Assembly: GCA_030704615.1 (NCBI GenBank)
Contig: CM060733.1
Coordinates: 45,694,001 to 45,758,000, forward strand
Reading direction: 5' to 3'
DNA from: Takakia lepidozioides
Taxonomy: Eukaryota; Plantae; Bryophyta
DNA: 64,000 nucleotides
Positions 50,143 to 61,591 of the stretch are shown here, one piece after another (within the stretch, counting starts at the first letter, position 1; every line of letters starts with the position of its first letter). The position numbers and the translations under genes are program-made. The notes beneath the pieces were generated by a model, which was not told where the DNA came from, made no database searches, and saw nothing but the letters and a program-made list of their open reading frames with translations.

Positions 50143-53100
50143 TCACCAGTAATCCCCACAAGAGCAAACCCCATCTTCAAAGTGGTGAAAGCGGTTGGCA
50201 TCCCGTACAATAATTGCTCGCCCAACAATCTTCGAGATAAACTTGGTGGCCGTGTGGCAGTCGCCACACACTCGGAGATTCTTGATGACGCGGACAGGTA
50301 CCCCAGGTGCAGTGCTGATCAGCCCAAAAGCAATGGCCAGTTTCTCACTGTGGTGGCCAAGACAGAACTCCTTTTGGTCCTCCTCCACATTATGCAATAC
50401 AAAGCGAGTATCAGGCACATACCCCGCCTCCTTCATCCGCTCAGACAGTGTCTTCAGCTCAGCATGGATTTCCTCACTTGTGGGTGTGATTTGCCATCTA
50501 CAACGAATGTATTCTGGCGGTTGTCAATCTGTATGTAACAGTGACCTGGCTGCTGTCTAACACCTATGTCCTTCATCATTTTCCTAACCTTTGCAGTGTC
50601 GTCCCACCTGCCAGCTGCAGCATAGATGTTTGACAATAGCACATAAGTTGAAATGTCCTGTGGATGACACTTGAGAAGGCACTTTGCCGCTCGTTCTGCC
50701 ACCTCCACGTTCCCATGAATTCTGCAGGCACCAAGTAGGGCACCCCAGACTGGAGCATGTGGTTCAATGGGCATTATGTTAATCAAGTGCTCTGCCTTCT
50801 CCAATCGCCCTCCACGGCCAAGAAGGTCCACCATGCAGCCAAAATGCTCCACTGTCGGAGTGAGGCCATGATCTTGAATCATAGAATCAAAGTAGTGACA
50901 GCCTTCATCCACTAGACCCATGTGGCTACATGCGGAGAGAAGACATATAAAGGTGATACCATCTGGCTTCAAGCCTTCCTCTTGCATTTTTTGAAAGAGT
51001 TGCAGGGCTTCTATACCACACCCATGCTGAGCATATCCTGTGATCATCGCATTCCATGACACCAAATTTCGTTGAGCCATACTGTCAAACACTTTACGTG
51101 CATCCTTCATGCTCCCGCATTTGGCATACATGTCAGTGAGGGCAGTCTCCAGAATTATATGTGGTGCCATTCCAGCTTTGATGATGTCAGCATGGACCTC
51201 TTTGCCCTTTTCCAGGGCTGCCAGGCTGGCACATGCCTTGAGAATGCAAATGAAGGAAATCCTGTTGGGCAGTACCCCTTCCAAGATCATTTGGTCATAG
51301 ATTCCGAAAGCCTCCCTACCACACCCATATTGAGCATATCCTGCACTCATTGCATTCCATGAAACCAAATCTCGCTTAGCCATATTGTTGAACACCTCAC
51401 GCGCATCCTTAATGCTCCCACATTTGGCATACATGTCTATGAGGGTATTCTCAAGGATAATATCTGATGTGATTCCAGCTTTAATGATGTCACCATGGAC
51501 CTCTATGCCCTTTTCCAGCGCTCTCAAGCTGCCACATGCCTTGAGAGCACAAATGAAAGTGACCCTGTCAGGCGTCACACCTTCCTGTATCAATTGTCTA
51601 TAAGTCTCTAAAGCCTCCCTACCACACCCATGATGGAGGTATCCTGCACACATTGCATTCCATGAGACTACATTTCGTTCAGCCATCCTGTCAAATGCTC
51701 GACATGCATCCTTTATGCTGCCACACTTTGCATACATGTTAACAAGGGCAGTCTCCAGTATGATATCAGGCACTATTCCAGCTTTAATGATGTTACCATG
51801 AATCTCTATTCCCTTTTCCAAGGCTGCTAGGCTGGCACATGCATTGAGAAGGCAAATGAATGTGACCCCATCCGGAGTCACCCCTTCCCGTATCATCTGC
51901 TCGTAGGTCTCAAAAGCCTCCCTACCACACCCATGCTGAGCATATGCTGCAGTCATTGCGTTCCATGAGACCACATTTCGTTCAGCCATCCTGTCAAAGA
52001 CTTGGCGTGCATTGCTTACACTCCCACACTTGGCATACATGTTAACAAGGGCAGTCTCCAAAATAACATCTGTTGCAACTCCAGCGTCGACAATGTCACC
52101 ATGGACCTCTTTGCCCTTTTCTAGGGCTACCAGTCTGGCACAGCCATTGAGAACGCAAGTGAATGTGACCTTGTTGGGTGTCACTCCTTCTTGTATCATT
52201 TGCTCGTAGATCTCTAAGGCCTCCCTCCCAAACCCATGCTTGGAATATGCTGCCACCATTATAGTCCAAGTAAACACATCCCGTTCAGGCATTTTGTCAA
52301 ACACTCGGCGTGCATCCACCATACTGCCGCACTTGGCATACATGTTAACGAGTGTGTTGAGTAGACATATATTTGGCTTGAATCCACTTTGTGTAATATG
52401 GACATGCACCTGCTTCCCCTCTGCTAGGCCCTTGATCTTCATGCACTCCTGCAAGAGACAAACATAAGTATTGGAGTATGCCGAACTTTGTTCTTGGTTC
52501 AAAATATGCAGTGCCTCTTTTAGTTGTCCTGCTCTGCAGAGTGTGCCCACATTCCCCCAAACGCCAGAAGAGCTTTTGTGGACTCCCTCTCTTGGTCTTC
52601 TTTCAGGAGAAGTGGTCACGGCGGAGGTGTCTGACTCAAAAAACTGTGCCTGATTCAACCCTGCCATCCTGCATGAATCAGAGCTTTAAATTGAATAAAC
52701 CTTGCCACTCAAACACACCTAATACATCTCAAAGTTCCCTTAAACTTCCCTGCTATATGTCAACAGGATCATGTGCCTTCCATAGCACAGCATGGACGTG
52801 CACACTAGCAAAAAAATGCCCACTCAGATACAGCTGCAATACCATTACTGCTGTTTCAGAATGGCCAAACAAGTACGACATAGAGAACTGTCTTCACCCT
52901 CACACTGACAAAAGTTTACCGCGTAAAACCACTGTTGAAGACTGTCTTGTTGTGTGTGATCTCTGATGCACCCCATAAACCTAATTTCTCTGTCTCAGTC
53001 TGAAGGGAGAGAAGTAATTATTCCTTCATTGGTATTCTGATTCTTAATTTATGCAATGGGCAGCTCACTTTCTGCCCTCCTGAATTTTAAGTAATAGTAC

Positions 53101-54394
53101 ACAGCATACCCATGCAACTAACAGAGAAGGATCAGAGCTACAGGAAGTCTACATCTGTAAAGGAGGGACTGTCGTACTGGAAGCGGTCCGATGATGCCCC
53201 CCAACGGGGGCTTCCTGCACACTTTAGCCTTGTTGTGTCCAGCTTCTGGAATTGACCAGCTATCCACTCAGGCTTCTTGGTGCTGTCAATCCACATTGCT
53301 TTGTTGGTGCTCTTGTGCTTCAAATCTGGTTCTCTAGGATGAAACTGCACCCATACTCCATCCCTGCACCCTCAGGCATCCCTTCCACCATTACAAAAAT
53401 GAAGGTATCCTTGCGAGGGGACAAACATACCTTAGCAAACACCCCATTTCCCACCTATGGACCTACACTAGTTGCCATGCTGAATTGGTGACAAGAGTGA
53501 GTGAAAACAAAGTTTCTGTGCGTCTGTAAGAGAGAGATACACAGAACTTCAGTAGGGCAGGAGAACCTTGAACCAGTCCCAGCAGGATAATTTTCCCTCT
53601 AAAAAGCATCAGCTTCAATCGAACACTGCTCCTCTAGCCCTCAAGCTTGCAAGAGATTTGATACCTCTGAGAGCAGCTGTCCAGTCACAGGGAATTGAGT
53701 GTAGTCTAGTGCGCTGCCAATTGCCCACATACTAGAACATATGAGGTTGATCCAACAATGCTCCTCAAGCGGTCTAGCTTCCACCACGAGGGACAGGAGT
53801 GAATATGAGAGAGAATGTATGAGAAATATCATTAATACAGAAAGCTTTTCAATGCAACTGCTTCCTGCTGCAATATGGCAGGCATTCACCTTATTGCATC
53901 GTTTGTCCGAACTGGGGTTTGTAACGCATTCCTTCCGAAGCATGTCTTCGTCTGTGTTTTGGCTTTGTGGATAATTGCGTGAGTTGGCAAATTCCTTGCT
54001 GAATGTGACCACAGGTGGTAGTGCCAATTCATTTTTCTCCTCCAGACGGCCTACTTGCTCCTCTATGGTCTCGGCCTGCAAACATATTTCAATGAAATTC
54101 GGTTTGGCGGAGAGCAACGCAGAAAGGCCAGCCTCGAGAGTCCCTAGAGAAGGATCCCACGGATGCCATACGTGCTGCAGTAGCCGATCCTTCCCCATCT
54201 CTCTTGCCAAACCCCTTTGACAATGCTCCCAACAGGGGCATGCCTGCTGCTTCTCGAACTCTTTTGCCAAGCCCTTCGGCCGCTGCTGCTAACAGAGTGC
54301 CTGGGTAGTATGGAATTAGCCAGCCGATCCAGCAGTATACCCAACTATCAGTATTCAACAAGAGAGAGTGACATAGCATCCGTGATAAGTCCAT
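50143..54394 (-). CDS. PLS-E-DYW PPR protein with N-terminal degenerate PDF motif; inferred exons ~54394-53890, 53344-~53222, 52668-50143; frameshifts near 54090 and 50478
   Basis: 737-aa PLS ORF plus DYW ORF (HSEKLA, CGDCH, DYW). Upstream exons [17 protein letters not shown]|[18 protein letters not shown]...KPEWI. Confidence 0.85.
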
Positions 54395-54829
54395 GATAAG
54401 CCAGTGCAGCTAGACACATGCTCTGCATACTCCGCTTTCCTCCAACTCAAGATATTCTGCCCTGTTGATTCAAATTCTATGCTCTGGAAGCAGAAGTGAG
54501 GCTTTTGAGTCTTCTGCAGTCTGCTATTTCCGAGCTATGTTTTGTATACCGTAAACTCGCTACGATTCGTGTTCGTATCGCCTCGACCCTCTAACACAAA
54601 CAGTCATGTTTTGTCAATTCAGCAGATATCGTAGATTTTCAGTCTTTGAATCTGAATGTTCTCTTGTTGCAAAGTTCAATCTTCCTGATTTAGCTCAGTA
54701 GTATGTGGCCCCTCTGAACTATTGCAAATGCAGTCATCACCCGATTATGAGTGTGTAAGGAAGGGGATTAGAAGCTGGTAAGGCAAGACTTGGTTGTTTG
54801 CTTTCATCGCTCCGACTCACATAGAGACG

Positions 54830-57570
54830 TCTTCGCCGTTTTTTTTATCTTGGAGATTGGGAGAATCTATAAGATATAAGATGAGCATCAATTACGGGCA
54901 CTAGCCCTTGCGGCACACACCCCTCCCGCTTCCTCCACGCAGCCACCCTCATTGGTCAGCAGGCGACTTCGTCATAGTCTCGTGTTAGGCCACGTTGGCG
55001 AGTACTCGCACGCGGCCAAGGCTTTAGCACTTTCCACATCAACGCCTCCATCAGCAGATACTGTCACCGCCTTCGAAGCCCTTCACCCATCGGCTCAGGA
55101 TATTTTGCCGTTTTTTGTCGAGGACTTCGAGCCAGACCAGGATCATCGGGAGGTGTTCACTCAGGCCTTCACGCGCAGTCCCCATCTTGCAGGGGCAGGT
55201 CCTTCCGGTCTCCTGTATGAGCACTTGCGCGGCTGTTTCTCTCCACATGATTCTACTAGTGGCTTCTCTCAGTTATTTCAGATTTGCTCTTTTATTGCTG
55301 CAGGTCGTATCTTCGCCCCAGTGGCCCGTCTCCTTGGGGCCTCCAGATTGTTGGCTATGATCAAACCCTCAGGTACTGGCATCCGCCCTATCGCAGTTGG
55401 AGAGGTTCTTTATCGTCTTGTCAGCCGCTCATTTTGTCTTCAGTTTCGAGATGCCTTCTCCGGACACCTCTTTCCTCACCAGTTCGGGGTCACCACTCCA
55501 GGAGGTTGCGAGGCGGTGGTTCAGGGGATTCGTGCAGCTCTTGATCTTCATCCGGATTGGGTAGTTCTCCAGGTCGACGTCACCAACGCTTTCAACATTG
55601 TGTCACGAGCAGCTATCTTTCAGGAGCTCGTTCAGCCAGAGAAGATTTCCACCAGCTCATTCCGTTTGTTCGATTATTCTATGCATCCACCACTCCCCTA
55701 TACTACAGTCAACATTCTCGCCTATGTGAGTGTTCCATCATTCAGTCCAAGGTTAGGACCCGCCAAGGCGACCCTTTAGGAGGACATTTGTCTGCCATGG
55801 CTCATGTCCGCGCCCTCACGCCTTCTGCAGAAGTACACTCAACTTGTCTTTTTCCGTCGGTGGCAGACGACACGCACATTGTAGACCCTGCCTCACATGT
55901 ACTTTCAGCTTACCATCATTTTGTCACCCAACTCTCTGCAGTGGGCCTTTCAGTACAACCTCGCAAATGTGCGGTGTGGTCTTCGTCCGGTCTCCCTGCA
56001 GATTTTGTTGTCCCTGCTCACTTCATTGCTCCGCCCAATGGCATCAGAATCATGGGAGTCCTTTTTGACACCACCCAGTTCACAACGTCCTTCTTGGAAG
56101 ATGCATTCCACCAGGATGCCACCCACGCCGATCTCTTTTTTAGGCTCGGAGATGTACAGGTAGCATATATAATCTTGACCAAATGTTTCCTTCAGCGTCC
56201 CTCATATCTCTTGCGCAATGTTCCACCCAGCCCAAATTTCCTACACCTCTTATCTAGGTTTGATACTACCATGATGACTATCTTCGGGAGATTGTTAGGA
56301 CCAGGAGCTCTGGAAGGTGCTCAGGGACTTTTGCCACGACAGCAAACCACCCTATCCATCTCTTCCGGTGGTGTGGGTCTTTTGTCCACTGTCACTACCG
56401 CCCCGTCAGCTTTCTTCAGCAGTTGGGCGTTGGTGGCGCCAACCCTCGCTTCACGATTTCTCTGTGACCATCGTCCCATCCTTATGGACGTTGTTGTACA
56501 TGTCGACAGTGGCATTTTACCCTTCCAGCAGCATCTCCGCTCTGCACGAGTTCTTCTTCTGACACCGGCGCGAGCATGTCTACCACCATTTGAGCAGTTG
56601 GTTGCTCAAGGCCTCGACCATCTTCATGAGTCCATTTCCGAGCGCGTGCACCGTCATTCATTTTTCGGCATGCTCTCAAGTGCTTCTTCTGAGTTGCATC
56701 GAGCCCGACTTCTATCATGCGCAGAACCCGGAGCAGGGGCATGGTTGGCAGCACGACCCACTATCGCACATTTTCGCCTCTCATCCCTTATTTTCACTAC
56801 TGCGCTCCACCTTCGACTCGGTTTGCTTCATCCTTTGGCATTGGGCCTTCAGCGCTGCGTCTGTCTTCAGCCCATCGATGACCTTGCCAACCATCTCCTC
56901 CGCTGTCCATGTGGTGGTGAGCGCACTACGTCTCATGATATGGTTCGCGATGCGGTGGCATCTATTGCTCGAGAGGCAGGGTATCATGTACTGCGTGAGC
57001 AACCACATCTATAACCCACGCTCACGTCCCACTCTACACGCTGTCATGTTGACATCGTTCTATCTAGAGATGGTTTGCGTACCCTAGCAAATGTCGTTCT
57101 CGCCGACCCCACTCGAGCGGATCTGCTATCTCGCGCAGCTACCACACCAGGCACAGCAGCCACTGTAGCAGCTCAGGCCAAGGAGCGCGACTACAGCGAT
57201 CGTCACCCCACCGACACATTTATTCCACTGGCGGTCGAGATATTTGGCTCATTGCACCGGCACTTCGACGATTTCATGCGAACACGTGCACATCACGCAA
57301 CCAAAAGCGGGTCCACTGGCATCCCAGATGCCTCCGTCATTGTCGCCTACTATCGACAACATGTTTCAATTGCTTTCCGCCTCTGCCTGGCACTTTGCCT
57401 TTGCCTATCTCCTTGCCTAATCTCCTCCACCTCCAAGCTGTTGGCTGGGAAGGTCGCTCTGCTTGAGTAGTTTACTATAGCTTCTGTTTTCGTCGCCGGT
57501 TGAGTAGCTTACTATAGCTTTTGTTTTCTTCTCTAGCCGAGTGCTTACTATAGGTTTTTGTTTTCTTCTC
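54830..57570 (+). mobile_element. 5'-truncated CRE-clade-like non-LTR retrotransposon (RT + Zn knuckle + restriction-like endonuclease)
   Basis: IRPIAVGEVLYRL, QFGV..PGGCE, DVTNAFN, RQGDPLG, VADD, CVC...HLLRC..GGER..SHD, AKERDY...FIPLAVEIFGSL. Confidence 0.85.
57465..57570 (+). repeat. Three ~36-bp tandem repeats at the 3' end of the CRE-like element
   Basis: gagt(a)g(t/c)ttactatag(c/g)tt(c/t)tgttttc x3. Confidence 0.75.
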
Positions 57571-58496
57571 TTGTTTCTTGTTCCTCCCCCCCTCCCTTTT
57601 TGGGAACTTCTCATTGTATGCACGTTCACCCATTATAGATGTTGTAAATAAAGTCTTCCACCCATTATACATGTTGTAAATAAAGTCTTCCAGGGTTTCA
57701 TCATCATTAATGTTGAGACCAGAAACAAAATATTTGAGAACATACATTTGGACAAGTATGGTCTCTGCATCACTTTCACTTATGGCTCTTTCTGTGGGAA
57801 CCTCCTCTGCTTCCATAGAACGGTCTGATGACGAGATAGAGGTAGAACACCATTTGACAACTGCCTACATGTTGCGAGGTAGTTTGCTGTAGGTGTTGAA
57901 AAGGGCGTCGAGGTGCTACACATCTAGAACAACGCACAGTTCGCAAATTCGGGAACCATACAAAGCGATTCAGAGGAGGTCGATGTGCGAAGTGGGTTTA
58001 AGCTCGGAAAATAGAGCTTGGGTAATAGAGCTTGGGTATTTGAAGGGCAGAGCGGCCAGTAGGAAACTCACTAGGAAATCTTTCATTGTTGCATCAGAAA
58101 GCGGACATTCTCTTCAGGTTGCCCACACAATAGGCCATTTACTGCACTCTGAAAAGCTGAGAGTGGGCGTCTTGACTCTTTCTCAGTGCACACAGTTGTG
58201 AGAGACCTAGACCTCGTGCAATCTGGAAACATTGCGAGCCTGCTAGCATCTATTGGGGAGGTGAGAGGCTCAAGGACCAACTTTGTCTCACTGTCACAAT
58301 TATGAAGAGCCTTAGACGACATTTGACGGGCATTTGAGAGCGCTTCTCATGCCGGGCCTACTGTAGTGTCAATCGAAGGAGAGCCAACCAGACAGATTTG
58401 GGCCTTGAAGGGCAGTGGGAGACCGAGTCTTTTGAGCATAACAAATCCCCCTTTCCTCTCTGCGTCTGTTTGTTGTTCAAAGCTAGGCTACCCGCC

Positions 58497-58580
58497 CTGA
58501 GTTTAAATTTCGTCTAGTGCAGAGAGTGGGTAAACCCTCGAGGTCATCCACCCATGTCACGGACTGGAAACAAGTTCAGA
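58497..58580. repeat. Dispersed repeat; copies at ~21550-21647 and partially ~20770-20795
   Basis: gagtttaaatttc...gggtaaaccct(c/t)gaggtcatcca...cccatgtcac(a/g)gactggaaacaagttcaga. Confidence 0.75.
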
Positions 58581-59825
58581 TTTCTTCCTAACTTCATTTT
58601 CAGCATTTGGGAACGCGGACACAGGTGGTGGATGGCTGTCGTCATATAATTTCCTAGCAACAGACATGGCTCAGCCTCTTCCAAGTCAAATTTATCCAGC
58701 AGGGTCAAGCTTTGCACTCCTCTCCAGATCACAATGCCAGCTCAGAACTGCTCATCCGTAACCCTACAAAATCAGAAGACACATTTGACATCCACGAGAA
58801 AATCGATTAGGGGAATGAAGAGCTTGAAGAGCTAGACCCTGAAATACAAATGGCTCTGCTCATCGCTCGTCGTCGCTGTCGGCTCGCTCGTCGTCACCGT
58901 TGATAATCTGCAGGTACTCTCAATTCAGAGTGGAGCATATGCCGGTGCATGGTGGAGAATATTGAATGCTCCACTCCGAATCGAGGGTTCCTGCACATAA
59001 TCGACGAATAACTATGAAAAGATGCACACTGTAGAGCAGAGCCAAGAAACAGGACCAAAGGAAGCACTGAATAGATGGAACGGATGTACCAGTAGACAGG
59101 TCAACACCAGCTCAAAGGAATCACTGGCATTGGTTTAAAACTGGAGAGCCCCCTTGCATGACACAGGGAAGACAACACTTTATCTCTGCTTCTGCCGACA
59201 CCCACTTCGCAAAGAAAGCACCGTGGTAACGCCTCTTGGCAGAAGCAATCACACAACTAACTACACAGCAACAAGAACCACGTATCATCACAACACCGGC
59301 AGCGGCATGCAGTCAATCTAACAGGAAGAACCCACAGTCAGCGAGCAAGATCGAAACAAGCAATACCCACCAAGCCCCAGCGATTACGAGATTGATATCA
59401 CTTAGGCCTCATCCCAACTATTTATATTGTGTTTGGCCTCGATGGCGATTAGGTCATCATGCTCTACCGTTTATCTTCATCGATCGACGGTTGAAACCAT
59501 CTCTTAGGGGAGAGCTCTGGGATAGATTGTTCCTTCACAAAAGAAATTATCGAGTTACACCTTGTTGGGTTTATTCGTGTGTGAGAGACACAGGTGGGTT
59601 GGTTTCATCTTTGAGGTGTGCTTCACTCTTGATTCCGGCCGGCAAGAGAGATGTTTGCAAGCACCTGTCCCCGGGCTGTGCGCTACCATCGTCGCTGTGA
59701 ATTGGGCCGACCCATATCAGTTTCCAAGTGCATTTTCAATCTATCTTCGTGGAGGTCAAGTGCCAAAAGCGTACATGGAAAGTGTGGTGCGATTGCCTCC
59801 CCCTTGAGATGAACTTGCATTTGCT

Positions 59826-60727
59826 ATGTCTGAAAGCATGCTGTTGAAAGGAGCAAGTCAAAGTCTAGAAAACAGCTTGCTGGATGGTGAAGAGAGACTG
59901 AAGATGTGTGCCCTGTCAATTCTTACCCCTGTGTGTGGTTTTTGACAGTTCGTAGTTTGATTGTTTCTGAATGTCATGCATGTGAATATTACAAAATATA
60001 TTTTCCCTGAAGGTTGAGACGCAAGCTGGGCTCATGCAGTGAGCCAAGCTCAAGCAGCTGGTGAGCAACCAGGAGGTCGGATGCTTCGAACTTGCCGCTC
60101 ATGCAAGCAGCAGTTTGATCCTCTTGTGAACCATCCCCGGGCTTGCCGGTTCCACACGGCTCACTTTGGAGGTAAATTATGACCTTTCCGCCTTTGGTTT
60201 GGAATCTCGTGTTCTGTATGTTGCTGTGCTTTATCATTGTGACCAGGCAGTACAGAGTATTCCAGCTGTGGCAACCAGCCGTTGCTTATGCATCTTCACT
60301 GCTTGGTTGCTCAATTGCTCAATCGCACATTAAGTCCATTTAGAAGTTGTTTCGTTGGACTGCCGAAGGCATGCTGAGAGCTACGGTAGTAACTAAACCC
60401 CATACATCAGGTGTCAGGGGTATAATGAATAGCTTGAGGGAGTATTATTTCTTACCAGAAGTACCTCTTGCATATCAGAGGTCAGACTGGAATGCAGATT
60501 GCAAATTGTAGTTAGAAGGTTTGGTCTGTGGAGAGCTTAGTGTTGATTAGTGGCTTGGATTTTGGTGCACAGGAGAAACAAAAAGAAAGTTTGAAAGCGT
60601 GTACACTGGGGGTACCTTGGACACAGCAGGTGGTGGTGAAATAGTGCAATATTGGCATTGCTGTGGCGTCTCTGATCCATTTGATGCTGGCTGTGAAGCT
60701 GCGCCTCATATGTCATATGACGATTAG
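59826..60727 (+). CDS. Small conserved plant Cys/His-rich (putative Zn-binding) protein; exons ~59826-59886 (uncertain), 60019-60171, 60573-60727
   Basis: Spliced product RTCRSCKQQFDPLVNHPRACRFHTAHFG|GETKRKFESVYTGG...QYWHCCG.SDPFDAGCEAAPHMSYDD*; GT-AG intron 60172-60572 in phase. Missed by the ORF track. Confidence 0.85.
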
Positions 60728-61591
60728 ATTGAAATGCGTGGACAACTGTACAATATGTACAATAATGATATTGTGGCATGACATATGCCAGTGGGCATTC
60801 TTGAAGGTCCTTGGCTGTAAACCCTCTACCATTCGATCTGCCATCAATCTACTGGAAAAGCTCATTAAGATTATCTGTCAGCTAACTCACATAGACTCAG
60901 CTGCTCAGCTACTCAGCTGCTCCTTGGTCATTTTCACAGAAAAACTCCAGACTACAGACATAAGATGGTTTAGCATCGATGGGCTTGCACATATTTGTAT
61001 GTTCCTCATTGTGTAGAGTGCAATGGAGCCCAAGTGACTTGCATGAATGTTGTTGAAGCTCACCAGTACTCCTCCAATAATGGAACTTGTAAGAAAATGT
61101 TGATGTTGTCACACAAAGATCTACTGTGGAGCACGGAGCAGAGCCGGCATGAGTTTTATCAAGATCCTTCACAATGGTCGGGCAACCGCAATCGCAAGGT
61201 ATGGCTTTCTTGATGTATGATGTGAAGAATTGTGGTCCATCCTGCACATGTAGGCTCCTCCTGTTCGTATCATGATTTGGTACTTCTCCTGGTGATCACA
61301 AGGTAGTTGGTTGGGTCAGCTTGGTCTTAAAAGGCCGAGCTTAAATTTGTGGCTACTCAGCTGCACCTTGGTGGTTCTCCTCACAGACCAATCCAAGATC
61401 ACCTGACTACAGACACAAGCAGCACACACAAGAGGTCCTGTTGGGTCAATGGTTGGTTGAATCCTTCATGGATGAAAGAAAAGCTGGCTTCTTCCATGAC
61501 ACAAGGTCAAGGACAATGTGGTGAGGGCACCTTCTTCTTCAATATATTCCAGGCTGTTTTGCCCTCTTATTAGAGTCGTCCCTAATTTTTA

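Noticed and set aside
42924-50436. U-to-C (KP-type) DYW variants
   Set aside because: Both intact domains have canonical HSEKLA, CGDCH and terminal DYW, as in C-to-U type editors.
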